From NCBI RefSeq assembly GCF_050219315.1, contig NZ_CP116939.1:205077-229076 (forward strand): a DNA stretch of 24,000 bases. The letters are read 5' to 3'. Positions within the stretch are counted from its first letter, which is position 1, and every line of letters starts with the position of its first letter. Source of the stretch: Megasphaera sueciensis (GTDB lineage: Bacteria > Bacillota > Negativicutes > Veillonellales > Megasphaeraceae). A program made the translations under genes and the position numbers. The notes beneath the pieces were generated by a model. It saw nothing but the letters and a program-made list of their open reading frames with translations, searched no databases and was not told where the DNA came from. Shown in pieces: positions 7,933 through 16,968 of this stretch.

Positions 7933-10254
7933 ATGTTGAATACTGTGAAAAAAGTACATTTTATAGGAATAGCCGGCGCCGGTATGAGAGCGATTGCGAA
8001 TGTTTTGCTGCAAAAGGGATATTATATTTCCGGGTCTGATGTGAAACAATCCGCTATTACAGAACGATTTTCCCAACAAGGAGCACGTATTTGCATTGGG
8101 CAGAAACCGGAAAATCTGCAAGATGCGGAACTGGTTGTCGTTTCTTCGGCAATTCACGAAGATAATGTAGAACTACAGGAAGCACATATACGTCATATAC
8201 CTGTTATTCATCGATCCGACGCATTGCTGGATATTATGAGTTGGGGAAAGGGAATTGCCGTGGCGGGAGCACATGGAAAAACAACCACTTCTTCTATGTT
8301 GGGACAGATTTTTGTGGAAGGGGGAATGGATCCAACCGTTGTCATTGGAGGAGAAGTCGATTATCTGCATGCTAATTCTGTATTAGGGAAAGGGAAATAT
8401 GTCATTGCGGAAGCCGATGAAAGTGACGGATCCTTTATAAAATTTAATCCTTATATTGCAGTGGTTACTAATATTGATGCCGATCATATGGATCATTACG
8501 GCTCTTTGGATAATGTTATCAATGCGTTTAAAGTTTTTATACAGAAACTTGACCCGAAAGAAGGAATGGCAGTTCTTTGTTTTGATAATGAACATATCCG
8601 CAATCTGGCACCTAGCTTAAACCGCCGTTATATATCCTATGGGATAGAAAATCAGGCTGACTACACAGCGGATCATATTCATTATGAAAAAGGCCGACTT
8701 TGTTTTGACGTGTATCATCACGATAAAAAGATGGGAAGCATGAATCTGTTTGTGCCGGGACGCCACAATGTACTGAATACGTTGGCTGCCGTTGCGGTAG
8801 CGGATGCTTGTGGGATTCCTTTTGAAAAAATTGCGGAAGCCATGTCTCATTTTCATGGAGCGAAACGCCGTTTTCAGACAAAAGGATATGTTGGCGATGT
8901 TTGGGTTGTTGATGATTATGGACATCATCCTGCTGAAATTAATGCCACATTAACCGCTGCCAAAGATATAGGAACACATCGTATTGTTTGTGTATTTCAA
9001 CCGCATCGGTATACGAGAACGCAATTGCTGGTAGATCGTTTCGGCGGGGCATTTAAAAATGCAGATTTGCTTATTGTTACAGATATATATAGTGCTGGTG
9101 AAACGCCGATTCCGAATGTAACGGGAGAACTTATTGCCAATAAGGTTATTGAAACAACAGGTCAAGAGGTCTTGTATATTCCTAATAAAGAAGATGTAGT
9201 AGAATATTTGAGAAAATTTGCTCAGCCAAAAGAAATGATTATTACTATGGGTGCTGGCGATATTTATCGTGTGGGTGAACAATATATTGCTGAATCGAGC
9301 GGTGAAAATACAAGTACTATTGATGTGAAAACTAAAAAAATTGCCGTTGTTGTCGGCGGACCGTCGACAGAAGCGGCTGTGTCTCGCAATACAGGAGGCG
9401 CTATTGCCAAGGCTCTTATTTCCAAAGGATATCAGGTCACTGTAATGGAACTGAATCCACATATGCTGGCGCAACAATTGCTAGATGAAAAAATTGATAT
9501 TGTATTTAATGCGCTGCACGGCCGGTATGGGGAAGATGGTCTTATACAGGGATTATGCGAAATGATGGGAATTCCTTATACGGGGTCAGGCGTTATGGCC
9601 AGTGCTGTGGGTATGAATAAAGTGATGAGCAAATGTGCTTTTCAAGGTGCGGGAATTGCTACGGCTCCCTTCTCTTATTATTTTGAAAATCAAGGCTTGG
9701 ATACTATCGCTGAGGATATTGCAGAACGATTTGGCTTTCCTGTAGTTATAAAATCCGCAGGGCAGGGTTCGAGTATTGGTACTGTTATTGTCGATTTACA
9801 AACTAAAGTTAAATCGGCATTAGTGGAAGCGTTTAAATATGGAAAATCATTGATAGCAGAGTCTTTTATTAATGGAGACGAATTTACTGTCGCGGTTATG
9901 GATAACATGGCATTTCCTGTTATTCAAATTGTATCGAGTACTGGTAAGTACGATTATTATTCAAAATATACACCGGGTGTGACCAAACATCTGTGTCCGG
10001 CGCCGATTTCGGAAAAATTAACAAAACAAATGCAGGATCTAGCGATGAAAGTCTTTCATTTGTGCCATTGTAATGGTGTCGCACGTGTTGATTTTATGAC
10101 GGATGCAGCGGGAAATCCTTTTGTTTTGGAAATTAATACTGTACCAGGAATGACCAGCACAAGTTTAGTTCCCGATGCAGCAAGAGCGATGGGGATATCG
10201 TTTGAAGAATTATGCGAAAATATATTGCTGGAAGCAGCTGTTGGTAAATTTTAA
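7933..10254 (+). CDS. murC: bifunctional fusion: UDP-N-acetylmuramate--L-alanine ligase (MurC, aa 1 to ~455) + D-alanine--D-alanine ligase (Ddl, aa ~468-773)
   Basis: Single uninterrupted 773-aa frame. The N half has HFIGIAGAGM, AGAHGKTTT and DDYGHHP (MurC). A short Ser/Thr-rich linker (ESSGENTSTIDVKTKK, about nt 9290-9340) joins the halves. The C half has KIAVVVGGPSTEAAVS, GSSIG, YDYYSKY and EINTVPGMT (ATP-grasp Ddl). Confidence 0.9.
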   Translation: MLNTVKKVHFIGIAGAGMRAIANVLLQKGYYISGSDVKQSAITERFSQQGARICIGQKPENLQDAELVVVSSAIHEDNVELQEAHIRHIPVIHRSDALLDIMSWGKGIAVAGAHGKTTTSSMLGQIFVEGGMDPTVVIGGEVDYLHANSVLGKGKYVIAEADESDGSFIKFNPYIAVVTNIDADHMDHYGSLDNVINAFKVFIQKLDPKEGMAVLCFDNEHIRNLAPSLNRRYISYGIENQADYTADHIHYEKGRLCFDVYHHDKKMGSMNLFVPGRHNVLNTLAAVAVADACGIPFEKIAEAMSHFHGAKRRFQTKGYVGDVWVVDDYGHHPAEINATLTAAKDIGTHRIVCVFQPHRYTRTQLLVDRFGGAFKNADLLIVTDIYSAGETPIPNVTGELIANKVIETTGQEVLYIPNKEDVVEYLRKFAQPKEMIITMGAGDIYRVGEQYIAESSGENTSTIDVKTKKIAVVVGGPSTEAAVSRNTGGAIAKALISKGYQVTVMELNPHMLAQQLLDEKIDIVFNALHGRYGEDGLIQGLCEMMGIPYTGSGVMASAVGMNKVMSKCAFQGAGIATAPFSYYFENQGLDTIAEDIAERFGFPVVIKSAGQGSSIGTVIVDLQTKVKSALVEAFKYGKSLIAESFINGDEFTVAVMDNMAFPVIQIVSSTGKYDYYSKYTPGVTKHLCPAPISEKLTKQMQDLAMKVFHLCHCNGVARVDFMTDAAGNPFVLEINTVPGMTSTSLVPDAARAMGISFEELCENILLEAAVGKF

Positions 10255-10278
10255 TTATAATGTTGGTGAGATTTTGTG

Positions 10279-11229
10279 ATGAAAAATGATGAGAAAGATA
10301 TCTTTTCTATTCCAATACTGAATACGGATGATGTACGGTCTCATCAGGATGTGTCGGAAACGCTGTTGCCTCCGGAAAAATTTATTCCTCCGGAAGTACC
10401 TGACGACCCGTTGAGAAAAACTGTTTCTGATGGAGCAGAAACAGAACAGCTGCATAAAGAAAAGGATGAAGGTAAGAGCGTATTGCATTCCGGAAAATGC
10501 AAAAAGAAACGGCGGACAGGAAATTTGCAGCACCGGTATCGTTTATTTGTTATACTGGCAGTGTTATTGGTTTTTCTGCTGTGGTTATTTTTGCGGTTTT
10601 CTCCCGTGTCCTTTGGGCGTGTAATTGTAGATGGAAACAGTACGATGTCGAATGAGGCTGTTTACCGCAGCTGCGGTATTAGCGGTCCCGTTAACGTAGT
10701 TCAATTGTCACCCGGCACAATGAAGGATAATCTGAGTAATGATTTGCGTGTTGCACATGTCGAAGTAGTACGCGAATTTCCTGTGACGATCCACATTACG
10801 ATAGAAGAACGCAAGCCGATTGCTGTTATGACGACGATGTATGGTTTTGCGTATCTGGATGCTAATGGCGTAGTTATTCGGCTGGGTCAGAGAATTAAAG
10901 GCATATCTGTGCCTCTTTTTACAGGTAAAAAAATGGACACACTCCTGTTGGGCGATGTTATAAAAAATGATCCGGTTCGGGATTCTTTGACATATTTACA
11001 GAATCTATCTCCCGAATATTTAAATCAAGTAGCGGAAGTAAATGTGGGAAATCCGGATAAGATTACCGTTTATACATCAGATTCTATTCCTATCTATTTA
11101 GGAAACGGCGATCATCCGGAACAACGAGCTCGCATTACGGAAGAACTGTTGCAGGAGGTAAAAAACAACCGTTTATCCGTTGACTATATTGACAGTGATA
11201 TTCAAGCACCTTTAGTGAAGAGTAAATAG
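10279..11229 (+). CDS. ftsQ: cell division protein FtsQ/DivIB
   Basis: ATG at 10279 (the ORF track starts at GTG 10276). Long acidic and basic cytoplasmic N-terminus, one TM helix (LFVILAVLLVFLLWLFL), then a POTRA-like segment (IVDGN...VEVVREFPVTIHITIEERKPIAV). It lies after ddl. Confidence 0.85.
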   Translation: MKNDEKDIFSIPILNTDDVRSHQDVSETLLPPEKFIPPEVPDDPLRKTVSDGAETEQLHKEKDEGKSVLHSGKCKKKRRTGNLQHRYRLFVILAVLLVFLLWLFLRFSPVSFGRVIVDGNSTMSNEAVYRSCGISGPVNVVQLSPGTMKDNLSNDLRVAHVEVVREFPVTIHITIEERKPIAVMTTMYGFAYLDANGVVIRLGQRIKGISVPLFTGKKMDTLLLGDVIKNDPVRDSLTYLQNLSPEYLNQVAEVNVGNPDKITVYTSDSIPIYLGNGDHPEQRARITEELLQEVKNNRLSVDYIDSDIQAPLVKSK

Positions 11230-11241
11230 AAAGGAAAGACT

Positions 11242-11919
11242 GTGAGATTACAAGAGGGAAAAATTGCGATTACATTTGCTTGCGTATTATTGGGAATCAT
11301 GTTGGTTACACAATATAAAGCGGCACAGGATACGCTTCCAGTCACTTCGCAGCGTGCAGAAGAACTTATTTCCAAGGTCAGGGACCTGGAAGCTGACAAT
11401 AAGGCTTTGAAGAAACAAATCAGCGAACTTGGCGGGAATAAAGATACGCAATTACAAGAACTTCGCTATGATGCTGGGGTTTTACCTGTAGAAGGGCCTG
11501 GTATTATCGTAACGCTGGATGATAGTACGCAGCCAAAAATGCAGGGAGCGAATCCTAATTTATATATCATTCATGATGAAGATTTATTGCGTATTGTCAA
11601 TGAACTCCGGGCAGCCGGGGCAGAGGCTTTATCAATTAATGGGCAGCGATTGATCGGTACATCGGAAATACGGTGTGTAGGACCTAATATCAATATTAAC
11701 GGTAAAATATTATCGCCGCCCTTTGAAATCAAAGCTATCGGCGATATGCATTCATTATTAGGAGCGCTTAATTTGCGCGGCGGGGTAAAAGAAAGTTTAA
11801 AATATTGGGGAATTGAATTGCAAATCCGAAAATTGGAAATGATCGTTGTTCCTGCATATGAAGGATCATTTCGTCATGAATATGCTCGTATCTCCAAAAA
11901 GGAGGCAGATAACTCATGA
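11242..11919 (+). CDS. DUF881 family division-associated membrane protein (YlxW/YlxX-like)
   Basis: GTG start after AAAGGAAAG. N-terminal TM helix, coiled-coil, then GPGIIVTLDD ... IHDEDLLRIVNELRAAGAEALSINGQRL, typical of DUF881. Same position as B. subtilis ylxW/ylxX between divIB and sbp. Confidence 0.85.
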   Translation: MRLQEGKIAITFACVLLGIMLVTQYKAAQDTLPVTSQRAEELISKVRDLEADNKALKKQISELGGNKDTQLQELRYDAGVLPVEGPGIIVTLDDSTQPKMQGANPNLYIIHDEDLLRIVNELRAAGAEALSINGQRLIGTSEIRCVGPNININGKILSPPFEIKAIGDMHSLLGALNLRGGVKESLKYWGIELQIRKLEMIVVPAYEGSFRHEYARISKKEADNS

Positions 11920-12260
11920 TATATCCGATAATCGGTATGGCTATAGGGATATGTATTGGTATTATAATGCCTGATTTATCTGTTTCTCCTGATATGGCAA
12001 AGCTGCTGGCGACGGCTTTGCTGGCTTGTCTGGATTCCGTATTTGGCGGAATACGGGCAACCTTGAATAAAAAATTTGATAACAGGATGTTTTTGGTTGG
12101 ATTTTTTTCCAATGCATTTATGGCTGCAATTTTTGTGTTTGTTGGATTACGACTGGGGATAGATTTATATTTTGTTGTGCTTATTACCTTTGGTATGCGT
12201 ATTTTTCAAAATATGGCCCGGATTCGCAGGAAACTCCTAGTTTATAAGCCTGAGAAATGA
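11916..12260 (+). CDS. sbp: small basic protein Sbp (DUF1290)
   Basis: 114-aa multi-TM protein with LDSVFGGIRA ... FGMRIFQNMARIRRKLL, closely resembling B. subtilis Sbp. ATGA overlap with the upstream gene. Confidence 0.85.
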   Translation: MIYPIIGMAIGICIGIIMPDLSVSPDMAKLLATALLACLDSVFGGIRATLNKKFDNRMFLVGFFSNAFMAAIFVFVGLRLGIDLYFVVLITFGMRIFQNMARIRRKLLVYKPEK

Positions 12261-12363
12261 AATTAATTTAAAAATAATGTGGATTAATTCCTTTAGATAG
12301 TGTAAAATAATAAGGAAATCCTATCTAAAAGTACAAGTATGCATATTCGAAGGAGGAAACAAT

Positions 12364-13386
12364 ATGGCAGAGTTTGCAAATATAAAGGTTATTGGTGTCG
12401 GCGGTGGCGGAAATAACGCTGTCAATCGTATGATAGAAAGCGGTTTGCAGGGTGTTCAGTTTATTTCCGTCAATACAGAGGATCAGGTATTGGAAGTATC
12501 CAAAGCTGATGTGAAAATTCAGATTGGTGAAAAGCTGACTCGCGGTCTCGGTGCTGGTGCTAATCCCCAAATCGGCGAACAGGCTGCTCTTGAAAGCAAG
12601 GAAGAAATTATAAAGGCTCTTCAAGGAGCTGATATGGTGTTCGTAACGGCCGGAATGGGCGGCGGTACAGGTACGGGCGCAGCGCCTATTGTTGCTGAAT
12701 GTGCTAAAGAAATGGGGGCTCTTACCGTCGCAGTAGTGACTAAGCCGTTTGCTTTTGAAGGCAAACGTCGTAAAGAACAGGCTGAAAAAGGTGCGGCGTA
12801 TTTAAAAGAAAAAGTAGATACGATCATTACGATTCCTAACGATAAATTGCTTCAGATTATTGACAAAAAGACACCTCTTAAAGATGCGTTCTTAGTAGCC
12901 GATGATGTGTTGCGTCAGGGTGTACAGGGTATTTCTGATTTAATTACAACAACCGGTTTGATTAATCTTGATTTTGCCGATGTAAAGACAATTATGCTCG
13001 ATCAGGGAGAGGCTATTATGGGTATTGGTATCGGATCCGGTGAAAACCGTGCTACGGAAGCCGTTGATGGTGCTATTCACAGTGCACTTCTGGAAACCAG
13101 CATCGATGGGGCACAGAGCATATTGCTCAATGTTACAGGCGGTCCGGATATCAGCTTGTATGAAATTAATGAAGCAGCCGAAAAGGTTGCTGAAGCTGTC
13201 GATCCCGATGCAAATATTATTTTTGGTTCTGTTATCGATCCGGATATGGAAGATTCTATTCGGATTACTGTTGTGGCTACTGGCTTTGGTAAGGAACCAT
13301 CAACTATTCCTTCTTTTGGACAATCTGGCACAGTGAACGATAAAAAAGAAGCAAGTGGTGTGGAAATTCCTACGTGGATGAGATAA
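12364..13386 (+). CDS. ftsZ: cell division GTPase FtsZ
   Basis: [28 protein letters not shown], tubulin signature [10 protein letters not shown], and a C-terminal peptide VEIPTWMR. 340 aa with a short (~25 aa) C-terminal linker. Confidence 0.97.
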   Translation: MAEFANIKVIGVGGGGNNAVNRMIESGLQGVQFISVNTEDQVLEVSKADVKIQIGEKLTRGLGAGANPQIGEQAALESKEEIIKALQGADMVFVTAGMGGGTGTGAAPIVAECAKEMGALTVAVVTKPFAFEGKRRKEQAEKGAAYLKEKVDTIITIPNDKLLQIIDKKTPLKDAFLVADDVLRQGVQGISDLITTTGLINLDFADVKTIMLDQGEAIMGIGIGSGENRATEAVDGAIHSALLETSIDGAQSILLNVTGGPDISLYEINEAAEKVAEAVDPDANIIFGSVIDPDMEDSIRITVVATGFGKEPSTIPSFGQSGTVNDKKEASGVEIPTWMR

Positions 13387-13398
13387 TCAATGAAGGTA

Positions 13399-13426
13399 AG
13401 CGGGTCCCGTCGGACCCGCTTTTTTG
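13399..13426 (+). terminator. intrinsic terminator after ftsZ
   Basis: 9-bp GC-rich stem AGCGGGUCC / GGACCCGCU with loop CGUC, followed by a U6 run. Confidence 0.85.
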
Positions 13427-13516
13427 CTAAAACAGCAGGATTTTTAAAGAGGCGTGTAGAATTGTAACTTAAGATTGTTGAAAAATAATTTTTTGAATGT
13501 CTGTAGGAGGCAAATT

Positions 13517-13984
13517 ATGAGATGTCCATTTTGCAAGAGCGACGATACGAAGGTTACGGATTCCAGGGCGACTGATGACGGCAATGCTATCCGCCGCCGC
13601 CGTGAATGCCAAAAATGCGGACGTCGGTTTACGACGTATGAGATGGTAGAAGAGGTACCTCTGGTAGTCATAAAAAAAGACGGTAGCCGGGAATTGTTTG
13701 ATCGCAATAAGATTCTGAATGGATTATTGCGTGCTTGTAATAAACGCATGGTTACGATGCAGCAGTTAGATGGAATCGTTTCTCGGGTAGAACATAAAAT
13801 TCGAAACTCTTTAGCTCAGGAAGTAACGAGTGTAAAAATCGGCGAAATGGTTCTTGATGAGCTGCAGAGTGTGGATTTAGTGGCATATATCCGGTTTGCT
13901 TCCGTGTATCGTCAATTTGCTGATTTGGATAGTTTCATGGCGGAATTGAAGCGCCTCATGGATAACAGGCATAAGAAGGTCTGA
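13517..13984 (+). CDS. nrdR: transcriptional repressor NrdR
   Basis: AGGAGG at 13505-13510 with ATG at 13517 (the ORF track's 13475 start adds 14 unlikely residues). MRCPFC...CQKCGRRFTTYE zinc ribbon followed by an ATP-cone domain. Confidence 0.92.
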   Translation: MRCPFCKSDDTKVTDSRATDDGNAIRRRRECQKCGRRFTTYEMVEEVPLVVIKKDGSRELFDRNKILNGLLRACNKRMVTMQQLDGIVSRVEHKIRNSLAQEVTSVKIGEMVLDELQSVDLVAYIRFASVYRQFADLDSFMAELKRLMDNRHKKV

Positions 13985-14003
13985 GATCGTAAAAGGAGTT
14001 TTT

Positions 14004-15488
14004 ATGACAGAGGGTTATATTGATAATTTTTTAAACAATGTATTGCCGAATTTACGTATTGCTGTCATTGGCGACGTTATGGTTGACCGTTACGTATTTG
14101 GCAAAGTGGAACGGATTTCTCCGGAAGCCCCGGTCCCAGTTAATAAGGTGTCCCATATTACTTCTGCCTTGGGAGGTGCTGCAAATGTAGCGTCTAATCT
14201 GGCTAATTTGGAATGTCATGTTTTTTTGGCTGGTCTTATGGGGACAGACGAGTATGGTTCTGTTTTGCAGAAATTATTGGCGGATGCGCATATTGATGGG
14301 TCGGGGTTAATTTCCCGTACAGGACATGCTACAACGACAAAACTTCGCGTTCTCGGTTCACGCCAGCAAATGCTGCGACTTGATTTTGAAGAAATTACGG
14401 CACTTGAATCGGATGAGGAACAGGTATTGCTTCACTGGTTACAAGAACGGATACGAGATGGACTGGACGGTATTATCATTTCTGACTACGGTAAGGGTGT
14501 TCTTACGGATGCCGTATCCGGCGGGGTTATTTCTTTTGCTCGTAAAGCTGGCATACCGGTACTTGTGGATCCCAAGGGTACGGATTGGAGTAAATATAAC
14601 GGGGCCGATTTTGTTACGCCTAATATGAAGGAAATTAGTGACTGTATTGGCTATACGGTTGCTAATGCAGGAGGAGATGTGATTGAAGCTGCTATGAAAC
14701 TTCATGAGAGGTATGATTTTGCACATCTCATGGTAACTAGATCAGAAAAAGGGATAACCGTTATAGGCAAGGATGGAAAGGTCTGGAGCAACCCCGCAAC
14801 AGCGCAGGAAGTATTCGATGTATCTGGGGCAGGCGATACAGTAGCCGCTGCTTTTTTAACTTCTATTGCGGCAAAGCTTTCTATTCGTGCAAGTTTACAG
14901 ATTGCTAATTCCGCAGCGGGAGTTGTCGTCGCTAAGGTAGGTACTTATCCTGTTCATCGCAGTGAACTTTTACAATTGTGGCACCAATGGCGTCCCAACC
15001 GCCGGTGGGCTCCGTATGAATCATTGAGCTGCAGGGAAATGGCCGGCAAGATACGGCAATGGCAGCAAAATGGTGAAATTGTTGTTTTTACAAATGGTTG
15101 CTTTGATATACTGCACCGCGGGCATGTACTTTATTTACAACAGGCAGCTATGCTGGGGCAGCATTTAGTTATCGGTTTAAATTCTGATGAATCTGTTCGA
15201 CGGTTAAAGGGAGAAGCAAGGCCTTTTGTACAGCAGAATGATCGTGCCGTGCTGTTAAGCGCGCTGGCTTGCGTTGACGATGTGGTTATTTTCAATGAAG
15301 ATACGCCGAAAGAATTGTTGTCGGTTTTGCGCCCGGATATCCTTGTTAAGGGCGGGGATTATAAAGCTGACGAAGTGATTGGACGAGAATACGTAAAACG
15401 AGTGGAAATCATTTCTTTTGAAGAAGGGTATTCTACAACGAATATAATAGATAAAATTATAAATAGGGCGAGGAAGGGAATTTTATGA
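14004..15488 (+). CDS. hldE: bifunctional D-beta-D-heptose 7-phosphate kinase / D-beta-D-heptose 1-phosphate adenylyltransferase HldE
   Basis: 494 aa. Ribokinase-like N domain (DVSGAGDTV) plus cytidylyltransferase C domain (FTNGCFDILHRGH, KGGDY). AAGGAG RBS. Confidence 0.9.
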   Translation: MTEGYIDNFLNNVLPNLRIAVIGDVMVDRYVFGKVERISPEAPVPVNKVSHITSALGGAANVASNLANLECHVFLAGLMGTDEYGSVLQKLLADAHIDGSGLISRTGHATTTKLRVLGSRQQMLRLDFEEITALESDEEQVLLHWLQERIRDGLDGIIISDYGKGVLTDAVSGGVISFARKAGIPVLVDPKGTDWSKYNGADFVTPNMKEISDCIGYTVANAGGDVIEAAMKLHERYDFAHLMVTRSEKGITVIGKDGKVWSNPATAQEVFDVSGAGDTVAAAFLTSIAAKLSIRASLQIANSAAGVVVAKVGTYPVHRSELLQLWHQWRPNRRWAPYESLSCREMAGKIRQWQQNGEIVVFTNGCFDILHRGHVLYLQQAAMLGQHLVIGLNSDESVRRLKGEARPFVQQNDRAVLLSALACVDDVVIFNEDTPKELLSVLRPDILVKGGDYKADEVIGREYVKRVEIISFEEGYSTTNIIDKIINRARKGIL

Positions 15489-16450
15489 AGATAGTAACAG
15501 GTGGTGCGGGTTTTATCGGCAGCAATATTATAAAAAAATTAAATGATAGGGGTATTCATGATATCTTGGTGGTAGATGATTTGACGGATGGACGTAAGTG
15601 CCGAAACTTACAGGGATTGTCATTTTATGATTATATGGATTATGAAGATTTTGCAGATCAAATGGCTGACGAATCTTTTGACGGCGGGTATATTGATGTT
15701 GTCTTTCACGAAGGAGCCTGTTCGGATACGATGAATTATGACGGGCGCTACATGATGAAAAATAATTATGAAGGTAGTAAGAATCTTCTGCGTTATTGTA
15801 TGCATCGTAAAATACCTTTTTTGTATGCATCATCGGCTTCTACGTATGGCAGCGGTAAACATGGATTTCGTGAGGAACCGGCTTGTGAACAAGCGCTGAA
15901 CCCGTATGCATATTCAAAACTGCAGTTTGACCGCTTTGTACGGCGTATGCTGCCGCTTGCTAACAGTCAGATTGTTGGTTTTCGATATTTTAATGTATTC
16001 GGGCCGCAGGAAAATCATAAGGATCGAATGGCTTCCCTTATTTACCAAAAATATTATGAACTGCAGAAAAATGGAAAAATTACTCTTTTTGAGGGAACTG
16101 CAGGATATGAAAATGGGGGGCAGATTCGTGATTTTATTTATGTGAATGATGTTGTAAATGTTATATTTTATTTTTGGGAACATCCCGAATTATCCGGCAT
16201 TTATAATTGCGGTACTGGCGAAGGACATTCATTTAACGAGTTTGTTCGGGGTATTATCGCGTATTGCGGAAAAGGTACTGTGGAATACGTTCCATTCCCG
16301 GATATTCTGAAGGGAAAATATCAGAGCTTTACGCAGGCGGATACAACAAAATTAATGGATGCTGGGTATGACCGCGGGTTTACTCTCTTAAAGGAAGCCG
16401 TACAGGAATATTGCCGTATTTTGGAAAAGAGTGATGGATACTTCGAATGA
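15485..16450 (+). CDS. hldD: ADP-L-glycero-D-manno-heptose 6-epimerase HldD (RfaD)
   Basis: N-terminal GGAGFIGSN Rossmann fold and YAYSK (YxxxK); SDR epimerase, 321 aa. ATGA overlap with hldE. Confidence 0.88.
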   Translation: MKIVTGGAGFIGSNIIKKLNDRGIHDILVVDDLTDGRKCRNLQGLSFYDYMDYEDFADQMADESFDGGYIDVVFHEGACSDTMNYDGRYMMKNNYEGSKNLLRYCMHRKIPFLYASSASTYGSGKHGFREEPACEQALNPYAYSKLQFDRFVRRMLPLANSQIVGFRYFNVFGPQENHKDRMASLIYQKYYELQKNGKITLFEGTAGYENGGQIRDFIYVNDVVNVIFYFWEHPELSGIYNCGTGEGHSFNEFVRGIIAYCGKGTVEYVPFPDILKGKYQSFTQADTTKLMDAGYDRGFTLLKEAVQEYCRILEKSDGYFE

Positions 16451-16968
16451 GAAAAGCGGCTTTTTTTGATAGGGACGGAGTTTTGAATAAAGATATACAT
16501 TATTTACATCGTCCGGAGGATGTCATATGGGTAAAAGGTGCTAAGGAGGGACTGGCATATCTTAACCAGCTGGGATACTTGGTTATTGTAGTAACGAATC
16601 AAAGCGGTGTGGCTCGCGGGTATTATACAGAAGAGGATGTAAAAAAACTTCATTCCTGGATGTCTCAGGAAATAGCAGCGGCTGGGGGGTGTATTACGGC
16701 ATTTTACTACTGTCCGTTTTTGGAGGGGGCTGCGGATCCTTTTTATAATAAGAAAAGTGATTGGCGAAAACCAGCTCCTGGTATGGTGTTGCAGGCAGTA
16801 AAAGAGTATGATTTGGATATTTCTCAATCCTTTTTAATTGGAGATAGTACAAGCGATATGGAATGTGCCAAAGCCGCAGGTTTGCCGGGATATTTGTTTA
16901 CAGGAGAACGCCTTGATGTGTTTATTGATCATGTATTAGAGAAGAGGAATGCACATGAAAGCCTATAA
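16447..16968 (+). CDS. gmhB: D-glycero-D-manno-heptose 1,7-bisphosphate phosphatase GmhB
   Basis: HAD motifs FFDRDGVLN, VTNQSG, RKPAPGM and GDSTSDM. 173 aa. ATGA overlap with hldD. Confidence 0.88.
   Translation: MRKAAFFDRDGVLNKDIHYLHRPEDVIWVKGAKEGLAYLNQLGYLVIVVTNQSGVARGYYTEEDVKKLHSWMSQEIAAAGGCITAFYYCPFLEGAADPFYNKKSDWRKPAPGMVLQAVKEYDLDISQSFLIGDSTSDMECAKAAGLPGYLFTGERLDVFIDHVLEKRNAHESL

Noticed and set aside
8950-9477. 175-aa minus-strand ORF antisense to murC::ddl
   Set aside because: Shadow ORF with the same reasoning. No independent signals support it.
10430-10624. 64-aa alternative-frame + strand ORF inside ftsQ. Similar nested + ORFs occur at 13025-13336, 14326-14628, 15906-16145, 19515-19721 and 22255-22491.
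   Set aside because: All are nested out of frame in well-supported genes. None has an SD sequence or a recognisable fold or motif.
13475-13516. N-terminal extension of nrdR in the ORF track (MLKNNFLNVCRRQI...), and likewise 17914-17982 for the second heptosyltransferase
   Set aside because: Internal ATGs (13517 and 17983) have proper SD spacing or ATGA coupling, and they give the canonical family N-termini.
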